The notes under the pieces are model-generated. The model was given only the letters and a program-made list of their open reading frames with translations. It made no database searches and was not told where the DNA came from. Shown piece after piece: positions 50,721-64,000 of a stretch of 64,000 nucleotides of DNA. The position numbers were made by a program, and so were the translations under genes. This DNA is from Octopus vulgaris. Lineage: Eukaryota. The stretch covers positions 33,728,001-33,792,000 of the forward strand of contig OX597835.1 of NCBI GenBank assembly GCA_951406725.2, read 5' to 3'. Positions within the stretch are counted from its first letter, which is position 1, and the number at the start of each line of letters is the position of its first letter.

Positions 50721-51301
50721 CAAGCCTTGTTTTGACAAAATATTTTGGAGAAGCTAGAGATGGACAGGCAAACAAACTGAAATACGGATCAAGAGAGAGG
50801 AAACTTTGAAATTTGAACACTGAAATGCCTGTAAATTGGCAAATTGTTATAATTTTAATAAAAGGCACCACGCTGGGAGAAATGCGTAGCCGTACTTCGT
50901 CTGCCGTTACGTTCTGAGTTATAAATTCCACCGAGGTCGACTTTGCCTTTCATCCTTTCGGAGTCGATAAATTAAGTACCAATTACGCTCTGGGGTCGAT
51001 GTAATTGACTTAATCCCCTTGTCTTTCGTTGTTTGTCCCCTGTATGTTTAGTCCCTTGTGGGCAATAAAGAAATAAATTGTTATAATTTTAATAAGTTCA
51101 GTTCATTATATAATGGACTGGGCTTTATGTAATGGACTCTCCTGTAGTAGACGACAGATGGGGTGTTGCTATTCCTTGCTGATCAACCTGCACGGATGAT
51201 TTGTTTATAATGATCAAATCTTTATGCAGTACATTAGCTCACTGCCTCATTCAAACTGACACAGACGTCGACGTGATCGCTGAACAATGTGAAATGAAGT
51301 A

Positions 51302-52008
51302 TTGGGTTGTCCAGAAAGTTCGTGCCGATTTTTAAAGGAAAGAAAAGGGTCAATAAATACTTGCCATTACATTTTTAATCAACCAAATATGAACTATTTT
51401 GTTGCACAATGCGCCTCCATCTTTCTTTTAACTTGGAAATACCCTCTTCCCAGAATTGAGGTGGTTTCATGGCAAAGAATTCATCAAGGTATCTTATTAA
51501 GTCAACTAAGGATTTGAAATTTTTACCATTAAGACTATTCTGCAGAGACCTGAATAAGTGGAAATCCGAAGGGGCAATATCTGGTGAATATGGAGGGTGA
51601 GGAAACACATCCCAGCCGAGCATGTGTATCGCTGATGACTCACACACTGTGAACGAATATTATATATATTCTGTACCGTGGGAGTCACCGGTGATAAACA
51701 TCCTAGACAGTGTTAAACTATCTATTATACCTCCCTTTACGGGTTTAAAAAAAAATTTTAAATATAGAAGTCACGGTCCGGTTCCCAAAGCATCAAGTGC
51801 CGCAAATGAACTTTCTTATCTTCCATTTTAAAGGGTTACAGAATTAACAGGTTTTATAGGAACATAAACCTTCTTCCACGAAAAGATAGCATACATTGTG
51901 CTCTAAATGGAGGTGTAGTCAAATCCTATTTTATGAACTCAACCATGTTCTAAAATAAGTCGAAAGGTAAGCTACTATAAATTGACACGAACTTTCCGGA
52001 CAACCCAA
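51302..52008 (-). mobile_element. Internally deleted mariner transposon with both TIRs, TA duplication and captured filler DNA
   Basis: TIR TTGGGTTGTCC(A/G)GAAAGTTCGTG at both ends; TA at 51300-51301 and 52009-52010. Transposase N-terminus MEDKKVHLRHLMLWE starts at 51826. C-terminus LGWDVFPHPPYSPDIAPSDFHLFRSLQNSL...RWRRIVQQNSSYLVD spans 51620-51375. Confidence 0.92.
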
Positions 52009-52689
52009 TATTTTGCTCAAATACACAATCTCGCCATCGTGAATGCAACACCCAAACCACCACGCCATGCACCATTCGTTAGTGCACGATTATATGACAA
52101 TAATGGTTTAGCCCATTATAAAGCAAATTGTTATTGCAATAATGGTTTAGTCCAAACCAGTATTTTAAATTAGCTTGTATGAATGATAAAATCAATTTAT
52201 AATTTAAATATCACTGATGTTCCAATAATAAAATCCATTTCTGATATCCGGTGCAGCGAACAATTTGCAATATCAGTACATTTGTTTATACATATTGACG
52301 ATACCATAAATTGGTGTTATATTTTCTATATTTAATAATTTATGAAATTTTGATATAAAAATACAGGAAAAATCAGATCAGATTTATTCAGAGGAAATCA
52401 ATCACCCACATTGATTATAGGTGATTTCTATAGATATTCTTTGATGAAACATTGAATGCAATTGGTTCATTCAGTCATGCCTTCAATTCCATATTTGCTA
52501 TAATATTGATAAATGAAGGAACATTGTGTGTTTGGTATGGAGTCTGTCATGAAACGGGACCTTAAAATGTATTAACACTTTACTTTCTGAACCCATTTTG
52601 CGCCATATTTTCTTTTGTACCAGCAGTTTAATCATATTATAAATTAAGCATTTTATTTCCATTTTTTTAAAACCCTATTTTAAAAATTG

Positions 52690-53150
52690 AACTGGCACCC
52701 TGTCGGTTAGGATGACGTGGGTTCCAGTTGATCCGATCAACAGAACACCCTGCTAGTGAAATTAACGTACAAGTGTCTGAACATTCTATACTCAGGTGTA
52801 CCCTTAATATAGTTCTGAGTCAGATTCAGAATGACATAGAATGCGACAAGGATGTCCCTTTGAAATACAGGTACAATTCATTTTTAGCAGCTGAATGGAC
52901 TACGCAACGAAAAATAAAGTGACTCGCTCAAGGACATTATGCCACTAAGCCACAAGATTTCAACTAGACATACTCGTATGTTCCAGTTCACTATATCAAC
53001 TCGTGGCACTCTGTCGGTTGCGACGACGAAGGTTCTAGTCGATTCGATCAACGGAACAGACTGCTTGTGAAATTAACGTGTAAGTGGTTGAGCACTCCAC
53101 AGACACGTGTGCCCTTAATATAGTTCTAAGGGATATTCAGCGTGACATAA
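52690..53150 (-). mobile_element. SINE family D (CORE-like), two adjacent partial copies
   Basis: TGGCAC(C/T)CTGTCGGTT...GATCAAC(A/G)GAACA...GTGAAATTAACGT occurs twice. Opposite-strand copy at ~55885-56205; related pieces at ~27060-27262, 31260-31480, 51140-51299 and 59480-59630. Confidence 0.7.
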
Positions 53151-53284
53151 AAGAAACAGGAAGAAAGAGTGAGAGAAATACCCGATCTGGGAATCGAAGC
53201 CGTGATCCTACGACCGCAAGTCCGCGGTCCTACCCACTGGGCCATTGCACCTCCAAAACTATATAAACTACCACATTCATTTAT

Positions 53285-53440
53285 AGCATGTGTATCGCTG
53301 ATGACTCACACACTGTGAACGAATATTATATATATTCTGTACCGTGGGAGTCACCGGTGATAAACATCCTAGACAGTGTTAAACTATCTATTATACCTCC
53401 CTTTACGGGTTTAAAAAAAAATTTTAAATATAGAAGTCAC
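53285..53440. repeat. 156-bp sequence identical to the filler inside the mariner (51619-51774)
   Basis: Direct repeat at offset 1666 bp with no differences seen. Confidence 0.95.
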
Positions 53441-54441
53441 ACCTGTGCCTGTCACAGGCGTGACTCTGTGGTAAGCCCGTTATATATATATATATATTTA
53501 TACCTGTGTGTGTGTGTGTGTGTATGTGTGTGTGCCTTTGGTGTGTGTGTTTCAACCACTGCTTCACAATGGGTGCTGGGGTATTTGCGACCCCGTAACG
53601 TAGCGGTTCCGCACAATAACCCAATAGAGTGAATACCAGGCTTTAAAAAAATAAATAATGGGGTCAGTTCATTTAACAACAAATTATTCAAGGCAGTACC
53701 CCCAGCATGGCCGCAATCAAATTACTGAAAGAAATTTTTTAAATGATTTTTTTTCTGCAAATTTTTTTCTGCAATCCATCTCTATCTCTATATCTCTCTG
53801 ATATATATAAACATATATCAGAGAAGATATATGTTTAAATATTCTCTGTCTATATCCATCTTATTTGTCTAACTAGCTAGCTCTCTTTCCCCTCTCTCTA
53901 TATCTCACTCACTCTCTATTGCTTTCACTTCTATTGTTTTCAGTTTTCAGACGTTATTGTTTTCACTTTAAGTTCAATCGTTATTGTTTCCACTGTAAGT
54001 TTTCAATCATTATTTACAAACGACAACAACAAATTAATGATAAACACAAATTCACAATTACTGATGAAAATAATTTCATACATAATTTACTGACAGAAGT
54101 AACTTTATAAATTTCACTTCAATTTGCATACCTCGTTAAATTCGCCTACAAATTTCTTATTTACTTTTGCGACGTTTTGTGTTCTTTTGCTGTTGACGGA
54201 ATTATTGTCTTTTGGTTACGGAATAAGCTACACAAAACGTGTTTTTGAATTTCGTGTATTTACATTATAGACATATATATAAGTTGAAAACTTTCTTTTA
54301 ACATTTCACTTAACGTCTATGTTCCATGCTAGCATGGGTTGGAGAGTTATTAGTGGAGAAATTTGGTATCTCAAATACTAGAAGTTGAGACTTGCGTAAT
54401 CTGGACGGCGATTTTACATTTACAACGCCGCGTATTTCTGC

Positions 54442-54622
<181 letters not shown>

Positions 54623-54639
54623 CAGATAGATAGACAGAT

Positions 54640-54674
<35 letters not shown>

Positions 54675-55461
54675 CATATATATATGCATATATCACGTTA
54701 TCACATGATCGACCAAACTCTCGGATGTTGTTATACACCGCTGGTCACAATGCACTTCACATTGTTTTAGCTTTCGAATGATGTCACCCTGCTGGTTTCG
54801 CAGGTAGTCCAATATAGATAAACGTAAATGTATGTATGTACGTACGTATGTATGTATGTATTTATGCGTTTATAAATTTCTTTTTATTGTACCTTTATGA
54901 TTTTTAAATGATACAAGAATAAATATTCAGCCGTAAATATATATTTACATTACTTAAACAGAACGTTTTTGTGTAGATGGATACAAAAGCTGCGAGTGAA
55001 TTAAAAGTTCGTTTTATTTTATAGGTCTATATCGTTTATACCACTGTCCAAACACACACACACAGACACACTAGCACACACACACACACACATGCACACA
55101 CACGCGGCTATATATTTGCATACGTGTATGTGTGCATATGTATGCATATGTGCGAGTGCGTCTTGCCGAAGCTGCGGTTTCTGTCTATCGAAGCTTAAAT
55201 TACTGATCAAAGACATTAATAGCAGTGTCAGATAAATATGCAAATTTATGTAAATATGATTGGCGCCGAATCAAATATTAATTAAGCGGAGTCTTGAAAA
55301 TTTATGAACTAGAAAGAAAATATAATACAGATTGGAAAGTTTAATATAGAAATTTTATTTAATTCTGGAAGAGAAATATGGCTAAAGGTAGATATAATAA
55401 TTTTGCTACCTTTCTCATTAGATATGATACTGTACTTTGTCAGTATCATAGTACAAGATAT

Positions 55462-55879
55462 ATATTTCTTTACTACCCACAAGGGGCTAAACATAGAGGG
55501 AACAAACAAGGACAAAGAAAGGGATTAAGTCGATTACATCGACCCCTAGTGCGAAACCGATACTTTATTCATCGGCCCCGAAAGGATGAAAGGCAAAGTC
55601 GACTTCGGCGGAATTTGAACTCAGAACGTAACGACAGACGAAATACCTATTTCTTTACTACCCACAGAGGGCTAAACATAGAGGGGACAAACAAGGACAG
55701 ACAAAGGGATTAAGTCGATTGTATCGACCCCAATGCGTAACTGGTACTTTATTTATCGACCCCGAAAGGATGAAAGGCAAAGTCAACCTCGGCGGAATTT
55801 GAACTCAGAACGTAGCGGCAGACGAAATACCGCTAAGAATTTCGCCCGGCACGCTAACTTTTCTGCCAGCTCGTCGCCC
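55462..55879 (-). mobile_element. SINE family B tandem dimer
   Basis: Two bodies joined at GAAATACCTATTTCTTTACTACCC. Further copies at ~60395-60540 and ~60735-61025. Confidence 0.85.
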
Positions 55880-57068
55880 TTCATAGCGTGGCTTGGTCTT
55901 TCGGGGTATCCAGCTCACGATCGTTAGGTCATGAGTTCGAATCTCGCCGCCGCATTATGTCTTTTGAGCAAGTCACTTTATTTCATGTTGTTCCAGTCTA
56001 CTCAGCTGGCAAAAATGAATAGTGCCAGTAATTCAGATGGCCAGCCATGTTACATTCTGTTTCATGCTGAATCTCCCCGAGAACTGCGTTAAGAATACAC
56101 GTGTCCGTGGAATACACAGCCACTTGCACATTAATTTCATGATCAGGCTGTTCCGTTGATCAAATCTACTGAAACACTCTTCGTCGTAACCGACAGTGTG
56201 CCAGTTATCTTTTATCCTTTACAACTTATTTGTTTCAGTCATTGGACTGTGGCCATGCTGGGGCATAACTTTGAGTCAAAGCTGACTTTACAATGTTAAG
56301 AACTCAGTGCGAATAAAACCGGAACGGTTATTGTAAAGCAATCCATCAACCACTCTGATGACTTCCTCAATTTGTCATATTAACGTTGAAGTGTTCCTAA
56401 GGAATTTCAACCGTGTTTCGTGGTCTGCTACCACAATAGGTCCTTTATAGGATTCAGTTAGCTCAAGACATCATCAGGAGGAACCAAGTCCTGTTTCGGC
56501 CCCTACTCCTCTACCGTTTTGACGTGGCGCCCCCCCCCCACTTTTGGAGGTGTCTTCAGCTCTGGTGTTGGGTGCATGTCTTTCTTCTTTCTTCTGTTTC
56601 CTGGACTCTTCGATGTAGCGTCAACGAGTGTCAGCCGGCGACTGACTGCCTTGTCAAATCTTTTTCCCTTTAAATACCTGTTCCTAGGCTCCAGCAGGCA
56701 GCCTCAGCAAGTTGTCACGTGACACTGTCTCAACTTTAACTGACCGATGAAGGCGCGTAGTCTTAGCCCACACATTCTCTAAACGAGACCGTCGCCTGTC
56801 AATCAGCGAAGCTAATTCAGTGTCAGCTTGTCTCACCTAGTGATGTTATTTTCCTGCCGGCATGTTATGACTTTCAAGCCATTTTTGGTCTTCCCGCTTC
56901 AGCCATATATAGAAGCTCGCTTTTTCGATCGCCTCCTGTACTCTCCTTATTTTTTTAATCATTTATTTTTACTTGATTAAGTCATTGGACTGCAGCCGTG
57001 CTGGTTTATCGTCCTGAAAGTTTTTGATTGGACAAATCGGCGAAAGTAAAGAATACGTACACCCGGTG

Positions 57069-57111
57069 TTTAGGGTTTGGGTTCGGGTTTGGATTTAGGG
57101 TTAGGGTTAGG
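57069..57111 (+). repeat. Short degenerate interstitial TTAGGG-like repeat
   Basis: TTTAGGGTTTGGGTTCGGGTTTGGATTTAGGGTTAGGGTTAGG. Confidence 0.6.
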
Positions 57112-58629
57112 ATTTTTGTTACGCCGAAAACGGGTGGTGTGCGTATTGTTTTCCTTCGCCAACAAATATACCACACAATTTATTTCTTCTAATAATGATA
57201 CTTATTTCCATCGATGTCTTTTCCTAACCACTGTCTTATTGAGACGTGAACCAACCAAAACCGATTCTTTAGCGTTGTGAGGACAAAGACACTCACATAC
57301 ACACAGACACATATACACACATATACACATATATTCTTTTATTCTCTTACTTGTTTCATTCATTTGACTGCGGCCATGCTGGAGCACCGTCTTTAGTCGC
57401 ACAAATCGATCCCAGGACTTATTCTTTGTAAACATAGTACACATTATAGAGCAATCCCATGGTCATTCATGACCGACCCGAGTCTTTACCTCTTTATACT
57501 ACTAAACCAAATATTGCCTGGATTTAAAACTTTATCTGTCCAACGCAGCTGAATAATAATAATAATAATCTCATGAATATAGCTTGGAGAGGAATGAGTC
57601 CAGCCAAACGTAACTTTAATCCGGATACACTTTGTGTAGACTAAACTTCCCGTTTTCATAGTCTGGTTCCATAGAATACAAGGTAACCATTTCATTCAAT
57701 TGTCAGATTAGAAACTAGAAACTTGGAATAAAATCTCTCAGACGATTTATTGAAACGAATTATCACAGTCGTTGTCCACTTCACTAATCAACAAACTGAC
57801 AAATTCAACAGTTTGGTGGGGGGAGACGGGGAGAGGTGGAGGGAGAGAGACGGGGAGGAGGGAGAAAGAGAGGAGAACTAGAAAGTGAGAGAGTCTGAGA
57901 GAAATAGAGAGAGAGAGAGGGGGGATATTTAATGGATTGTATTGTGAAAATGGCGGAAACTGTATTTGTTTGAGTTTATCGAGAGCCAGCGATTCTTGCA
58001 AAAAAAAAGACAAAATAATAAAGAAGCAAAAAAGAAAAAAACCTGCAAAAAAAATATAAACAAACAGAATTTCATATATGAATTGAATTCCGTCTCACGG
58101 TCTGCTGCCTTCTAAATCCGAACTAGTGATGTCTTGTAGAGAGTAAGACAGACTAACAAACAGATAAGTAAACATAGGTGGACATACATAAACGGGTATT
58201 TCTATGTATCTGTGACGAGTTTGCTGATGGTGGTGCAGTGTTTAGGTGACCGGATTATCAGCAAAAAGGTCAGTCGTTCGTATTTTGCCTTCAGCGATTT
58301 TGTTGGTTTATAGACAAGATACGAAACTATCAAGCAACTCACTCTGCTTTGCGTGGAAACGGAGACGAGAGGAATAGGGAGAGTTGGAAGTGATAGCAGT
58401 ATCATCTTCATCTTCAGTCACTGGATTGCGGCCATGCTGGGGCACCGTCTAGAACGGATTTTAGCCGAAGAGATCGATCCCGGTATGTTTTTTTTTTGGG
58501 GGGGGGGTGAAGTTTGGTGCTTATTCTATCAAAGTCATTTGTTGAACTGCTAATTCAAAAGAACGTAAACGAACCAACAATGGTTGCCGAGAAGTGCGTA
58601 GCGACAAGCATAGACACAAAGACGCACAA

Positions 58630-58710
<81 letters not shown>

Positions 58711-58749
58711 CAGACTGAGAAATAGATAGATAGACAGACAGACTGAGAA

Positions 58750-58828
<79 letters not shown>

Positions 58829-59062
58829 CGACGGACTTCCACGCAGTTTTCGTCTACCAAATTCACTCAAGGTTCGTTCAAGGTGCCGCGCATTGGAACG
58901 GAAATTGAAACCATGTGATTTCAAAGCGTACTTCTTAAACCACACAGCCATGCCAGAGCCTGTATAGAAGTAACAAAGTAAGACTAATGGATTTATAGTT
59001 ACCCTGTTGAGCCGGGTTCAATCCAACCAATAAAGACAAACACTGGCAGAAATCTGGGATTA

Positions 59063-59090
59063 TCTCTATATATATAAACGACAAAATGTC

Positions 59091-59129
<39 letters not shown>

Positions 59130-59430
59130 CCTTTATACAAATCCATAATTTTTCAGTTAGAGGGCTCGCACTTTCTATGGTCATTCAAAATCGTACAAGG
59201 GTGGTCGTACACATCTTTACATTAAAAAAATCAATAGAAGTGACTTTCTTGTGAATTTCCTATCCAAAACCCAATCAAAATGCCCGAAACTTGATACGCC
59301 AATTGAATGCCACCTAGCTGTATGTGATTGGTCGGAGATTTGGACAGTACTCGCGTGTTTGTGCACACGCACGTAGCTGTATATGTATGCACTAGCACTA
59401 TGACCCGGCGTTGCTGGGCCATAGTGCTAG
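59063..59430 (+). mobile_element. Non-autonomous Helitron-like element
   Basis: Starts A|TC (59062/59063) and ends CTAG|T (59430/59431); no TSD; subterminal hairpin CCCGGC-GTT-GCTGGG. Confidence 0.8.
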
Positions 59431-61360
59431 TATATATATATAAAGATTTCAATCTTTGGCACAAAGCAAGTTTTCGAGGCGCATTGCTCAGTAATTAGAG
59501 GGATGCATTCACGATTGCAAGATCGTAGTTCTGGTTCCCGCACCAAACATTGTGTTCTTGAGAAAAAACCTTTCATCTTTCGTTGCTCCACTCCACTCAA
59601 CTGTAAATGAGCAACTCTGTTAATGGCTGCCATGGTGTTCAGGTGTAGTAACTACTATGGTGCCATGGAAACCAACAGCTCTGTCACGTGGCCTTTAGAG
59701 GCTGCCTGTAATTTTGTTTTGTTTTGAAGCCCCATCCTTCAAGCGAAATTCATAATCTACGCTCCATTTATTCATAACTATGTTTTACTTTATTCTATCT
59801 GAAGTTCAATATTTCACCCTATCCTAAAGAACATCTTTAAAAGTACAAGTTAAACTTATTTAGGTCTATTACAAATTTCAATAAGTAAAACTTCCAGATA
59901 TGAATAAAAGAGCACTTTTATAATCCAGGCAGCCTTCCGTGAAATCATCAATCTGCTAAGAATAATCAAGCTGAGAGCTTGTCTTACTCTCAGACAATCC
60001 ACAAAATCTGGTACACAAGATACATAGAAATACCTTTTTACGTATGTCTACCTATGTTTACTTATCTGTTTGTTAGTCTGTCTTACTCTCAGACAATCCA
60101 CAAAATCTGGTACACGTTCGTGGTACAATGTAATATTTTTACAAGTACAGTGTATTACCATTCTTATTTCTTGAAATAACAAAGAGAGTTTAATTTTTGT
60201 TCAACTTCTTAACCAAAGTAAATAGGTGACTGATCTACGTACTTTGATCTTAAAATGGGGTCCCTCAACTGCGCAGGCTCCTCTGCAGCCGCAGCACTTG
60301 CAGGGGCTTAGCGACGACCCTGGAATCCAGATAGCTTGCGCTATGAATCGTAAGAGACGAGGTAGTAATTCCCAGGAATTAATGATCTTGTTAATTGATT
60401 ACATCGATCCCAGTACATGACTGGTATTTTATTTTATTGATACCGAAGGAATGAAAGGCAAATTTTTCCTCGTTAGGATTTGAAAATAGAACGTAAAAAG
60501 CCGAAAGATATGCAGCTAATCATTTTGTCCGACGTACTAACAATGGTGTCACCTCGGAATGTATATAAAGGTACAGGTACAACATCGATTTTCCGGAAAG
60601 TTCGATTCGAAAGCCTTTCCGAATTAAGGATTTTTCCGAAATGAGTACTTTCACCTTGGTTTACACACACTAAATTAAACAAATATTGATTTCAAATTTT
60701 TTGCAAAAGGCCAGTAATTTCAGGAGAAATGTTCAACTGGTACTTATTTTATCGACTCTGAAAGGATGAAAGACAAATTCAACCTCGGCGGAATTTGAAC
60801 TAGGAACGTGAAAACGGACGAAATGCCGCTGAGCATTTCGTCCGGCGTGCTAACGTTTCTGCCAGCTCGCCGCCTAAATGGTACTTATCTTATCGACCCG
60901 AAAGCGAAGGGAGGAAAAGGGAAAGTCGACCTCGGTGGAATTTGAACTCAGATCGTGAAGACGGACAAAATCTGTTGTTAAGTCTTTCACCTGACGTGCC
61001 AATAATTCTGCCAGCACGCCGTCTTAAATTAAGCCACCATTAAATTTACTTACATGATTAAATGAAATACAGATACCTGTACATTAGTATAAATGATAAA
61101 AAGTTCGTGAATACTGTACTATACAAGGTACCAGTAAACTAGTCTGGCGGCTACGGGAATTCGAAATTCCTACTCGTAAATTAGTGCGGATTATAAGCGG
61201 TTCCGGACCACCAGTGTGCGGAAGGTCAGTGTTGTAAAATAAAAGTTACCTTCTTGAGTCATGCCGACTCATAAAGGCCACGTTCCCGGTTTCTGTGGCG
61301 TAAATATTCCCCTACTGGATGGGATGTCGATCCGCCGCAGGATTACTCACTTTTGCCATA

Positions 61361-61703
61361 GGCGCAGGAGTGGCTGTGTGATAAGTAGCTTGCTTACCAA
61401 CCACATGGTTCCGGGTTCAGTCCCACTGCGTGGCATTTGTGCAAGTGTCTTCTGCTATAGCCCCGGGCTGACCAATGCCTTGTGAGTGGATTTGAAAGAA
61501 GCCTGTCGTATATATATATATATATGTATATGTTTGTGTGTCTGTGTTTGTCCCCCGATGCTGGTGTGTTTCTGTCCCTGTAACTTAACGGTTGGGCAAA
61601 AAAGAACCGATAGAATAAGTACTGGACTTACGGGGTCGATTTGCTCGACTAAAGGCGGTGCTCCAGCATGGCCGTAGTCAAATGACTGAAACAAGTAAAA
61701 GAG
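61361..61703 (+). mobile_element. SINE family A, complete
   Basis: GGCGCAGGAGTGGCTGTGTG...ATGACTGAAACAAGTAAAAGAG. Confidence 0.88.
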
Positions 61704-61720
61704 TGAAAAAAAGAGAGAGA

Positions 61721-61777
<57 letters not shown>

Positions 61778-62290
61778 TGGACTGGGATAACATGAAATAA
61801 AGTATTCTGCTCAAGAACCTGTAGTATCAAGGAAGAAAATTAGCGGAAACAGGAACTGAAATCGTATCACTGTATTCCCTTGTTGGGAATTTACCTCTGA
61901 TACAACGGACACCGCCGCAACATGTGTTATCGCATATAATCAGGCTAGAATTATTAGATTTAGATATGTTATCATATGTAATCAGACCAGAATATTTTAC
62001 ACTGGTTATAATATTCGATATTGATTTTTTTTGTTCTTCAATGTAAGAGATACATACACATATACAAAAGAACATATATAAATGTACACGTATACACAAA
62101 CACTTATGCGTTGAAGGGTGTATACAGAGCTACATATACACAAAATGTCTAGAGCCATAAATGTGTACACACGCATAGACATACGTACACACATATAATT
62201 GCATCATTGTAACAAGCAAACATTTGCAACGTCAGTCATATATACACACACACACGTACATATATATATACATATCTACACCTATATATT

Positions 62291-62393
<103 letters not shown>

Positions 62394-62497
62394 TTATATA
62401 TATATATTTATATATATATATATGTAAATATATAAATGTAGATATGTATATATATATATATATACGTGTGTGTGTGTATATATGACTGACGTTGCAA

Positions 62498-62528
<31 letters not shown>

Positions 62529-62575
62529 ACACACATACATATATATATACATATATATATATATGCATATATACA

Positions 62576-62664
<89 letters not shown>

Positions 62665-63170
62665 CAAAGACAAAAATATATTAATACATATATATACGTG
62701 TGTAGCAGCACCAACAATCCCCAATCAAATTTTCACACACACACACATGCATACATACATAATACATACACACACACTTATGTATGTATGTATGTATGTA
62801 TGTATGTATGTATGTATGTATGTATGTATGTATGTATGTATGTATATATATATTTGTGTGTGTGTGTGTGTGTGTGTGTATCTATATATATGTGTGTGTG
62901 TGTAGAATGACGCTTAGCCTACTGGTTAAGGTGTTGCAAGAGATAAACACATACACAGACGGAAACATACACATATAGAAGGGTATATTCACATTTACAC
63001 ATGTACACAGGACACCTGGACATATAAATTCACACACACACGCATACACACTCGCACATACAATCACACACAGAGTGGCACAGACACACACACACAGGCA
63101 CAGACACATACACATACACACAAGTATAACAATACAAACATACATACTCTTTGTCATATGCATAGGTATA

Positions 63171-63790
63171 CTAGGGTCGGCTTAAAAGTTCGTAGGTTGA
63201 CCAAGACACTCTCATGCATTCTGTCCAAATGAGGTTTATTTTTCCACGTAGACCCCTTTACTGTGCACACACTTCTTCCGTCGGCGTTTCTGCGTTTGGA
63301 TCCCATCGGTGGTCAAAAAAGTCATCAGTAGCAGTTATGACGTCATTTTCATTACGATACTGGTTCCCAGCCAAGTGTCTTTTCATGGTGGGCAACAGAT
63401 GATAGTCAGATAGGGCCAAATCAGCAGAACAGCGAGGTTGATGAACCAGTTTAAAGTCAAAGCCATTGAAACGAAGGACGTGCATGCTGGAGCAGTGACC
63501 AGATGAAATAAGACCCCTTTTGTCAGTTTTCCCAGCCTTTATTAACTGGATCAGTAAGTTGGCACAGTACTCTCCACTAATGGTGTGGTCTTTTTCAAGA
63601 TAGTCAATAAACATAATGTTTTTTGCATCCCCAAATAATGAGGTGATTACCTTCCTTGCTGATGAAACTACCTTGCCCTTCTTTGGGGCATTTGAGGAGT
63701 AGTCTTTCCACGGCATGGATTATCTCTTTGTCTCGGGCCCAAAGTGATCAAGCCAACGCTAATCCTGGGTTTAAAAACGTTCAAAGAAAC
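63171..63790 (-). pseudogene. Decayed mariner transposase fragment of a second subfamily, with one TIR
   Basis: APKKGKVVSSARKVITSLFGDAKNIMFIDYLEKDHTISGEYCANLL...LVHQPRCSADLALSDYHLLPTMKRHLAG (decayed YSPDLAPSD). TA followed by CTAGGGTCGGCTTAAAAGTTC at ~63169. Confidence 0.85.
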
Positions 63791-64000
63791 TAGCTGGATC
63801 TACTTGAAACAATGTCAAATTTCCCGTGATGTGACTTCTTTTTTTTTTTCCAACTAACTCGCCATATATATAAAAGGTATGAATTTTCCATAAGAAATCA
63901 TTTATGATAAATCTCAAAAACGGATGAAGCACTAAATAAATTGTTTTAATCCAAACCTTCACTCCCTTCTATTTTCAAAGTGTGTGCGTGTGTATTATGT

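Noticed and set aside
51622-51701. Hairpin as a pre-miRNA or SECIS element
   Set aside because: A fold alone is insufficient; no expression or conservation evidence and no associated selenoprotein ORF.
59980-60115. 37-bp direct repeat at 99-bp spacing, considered as CRISPR-like
   Set aside because: Only two copies in eukaryotic DNA with no cas genes; a simple local duplication.

Overview
AT-rich, repeat-saturated animal genomic DNA. The SINE families and (TA)n/(CATA)n/(GATA)n load look like an octopus or other coleoid cephalopod genome; this is recognition, not proof. I found no host protein-coding exon, rRNA, tRNA or CRISPR array, and nearly all ORFs in the supplied track are translations of microsatellites. 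Identifiable content: (1) a near full-length Tx1/L1-clade LINE (~15.3-21.2 kb) with APE-RT-CCHC ORF2 broken by two stop codons and (ATCT)n on both sides, plus two decayed relatives; (2) RTE, CR1-like and RLE-type LINE fragments; (3) two mariner relics, one carrying an exact 156-bp copy of nearby DNA; (4) two non-autonomous Helitrons and a long-TIR MITE; (5) at least four tRNA-derived SINE families. The most interesting signal is a set of non-coding Penelope-like/retrozyme-type elements with type I hammerhead ribozymes: eight readable copies in four sequence families plus several decayed ones. Three loci form large inverted duplications with the ribozyme 3' ends pointing outward, and a decayed Penelope-type GIY-YIG remnant lies at ~14.2-14.7 kb. 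Coordinates were read by eye and element ends are approximate unless a motif is quoted.
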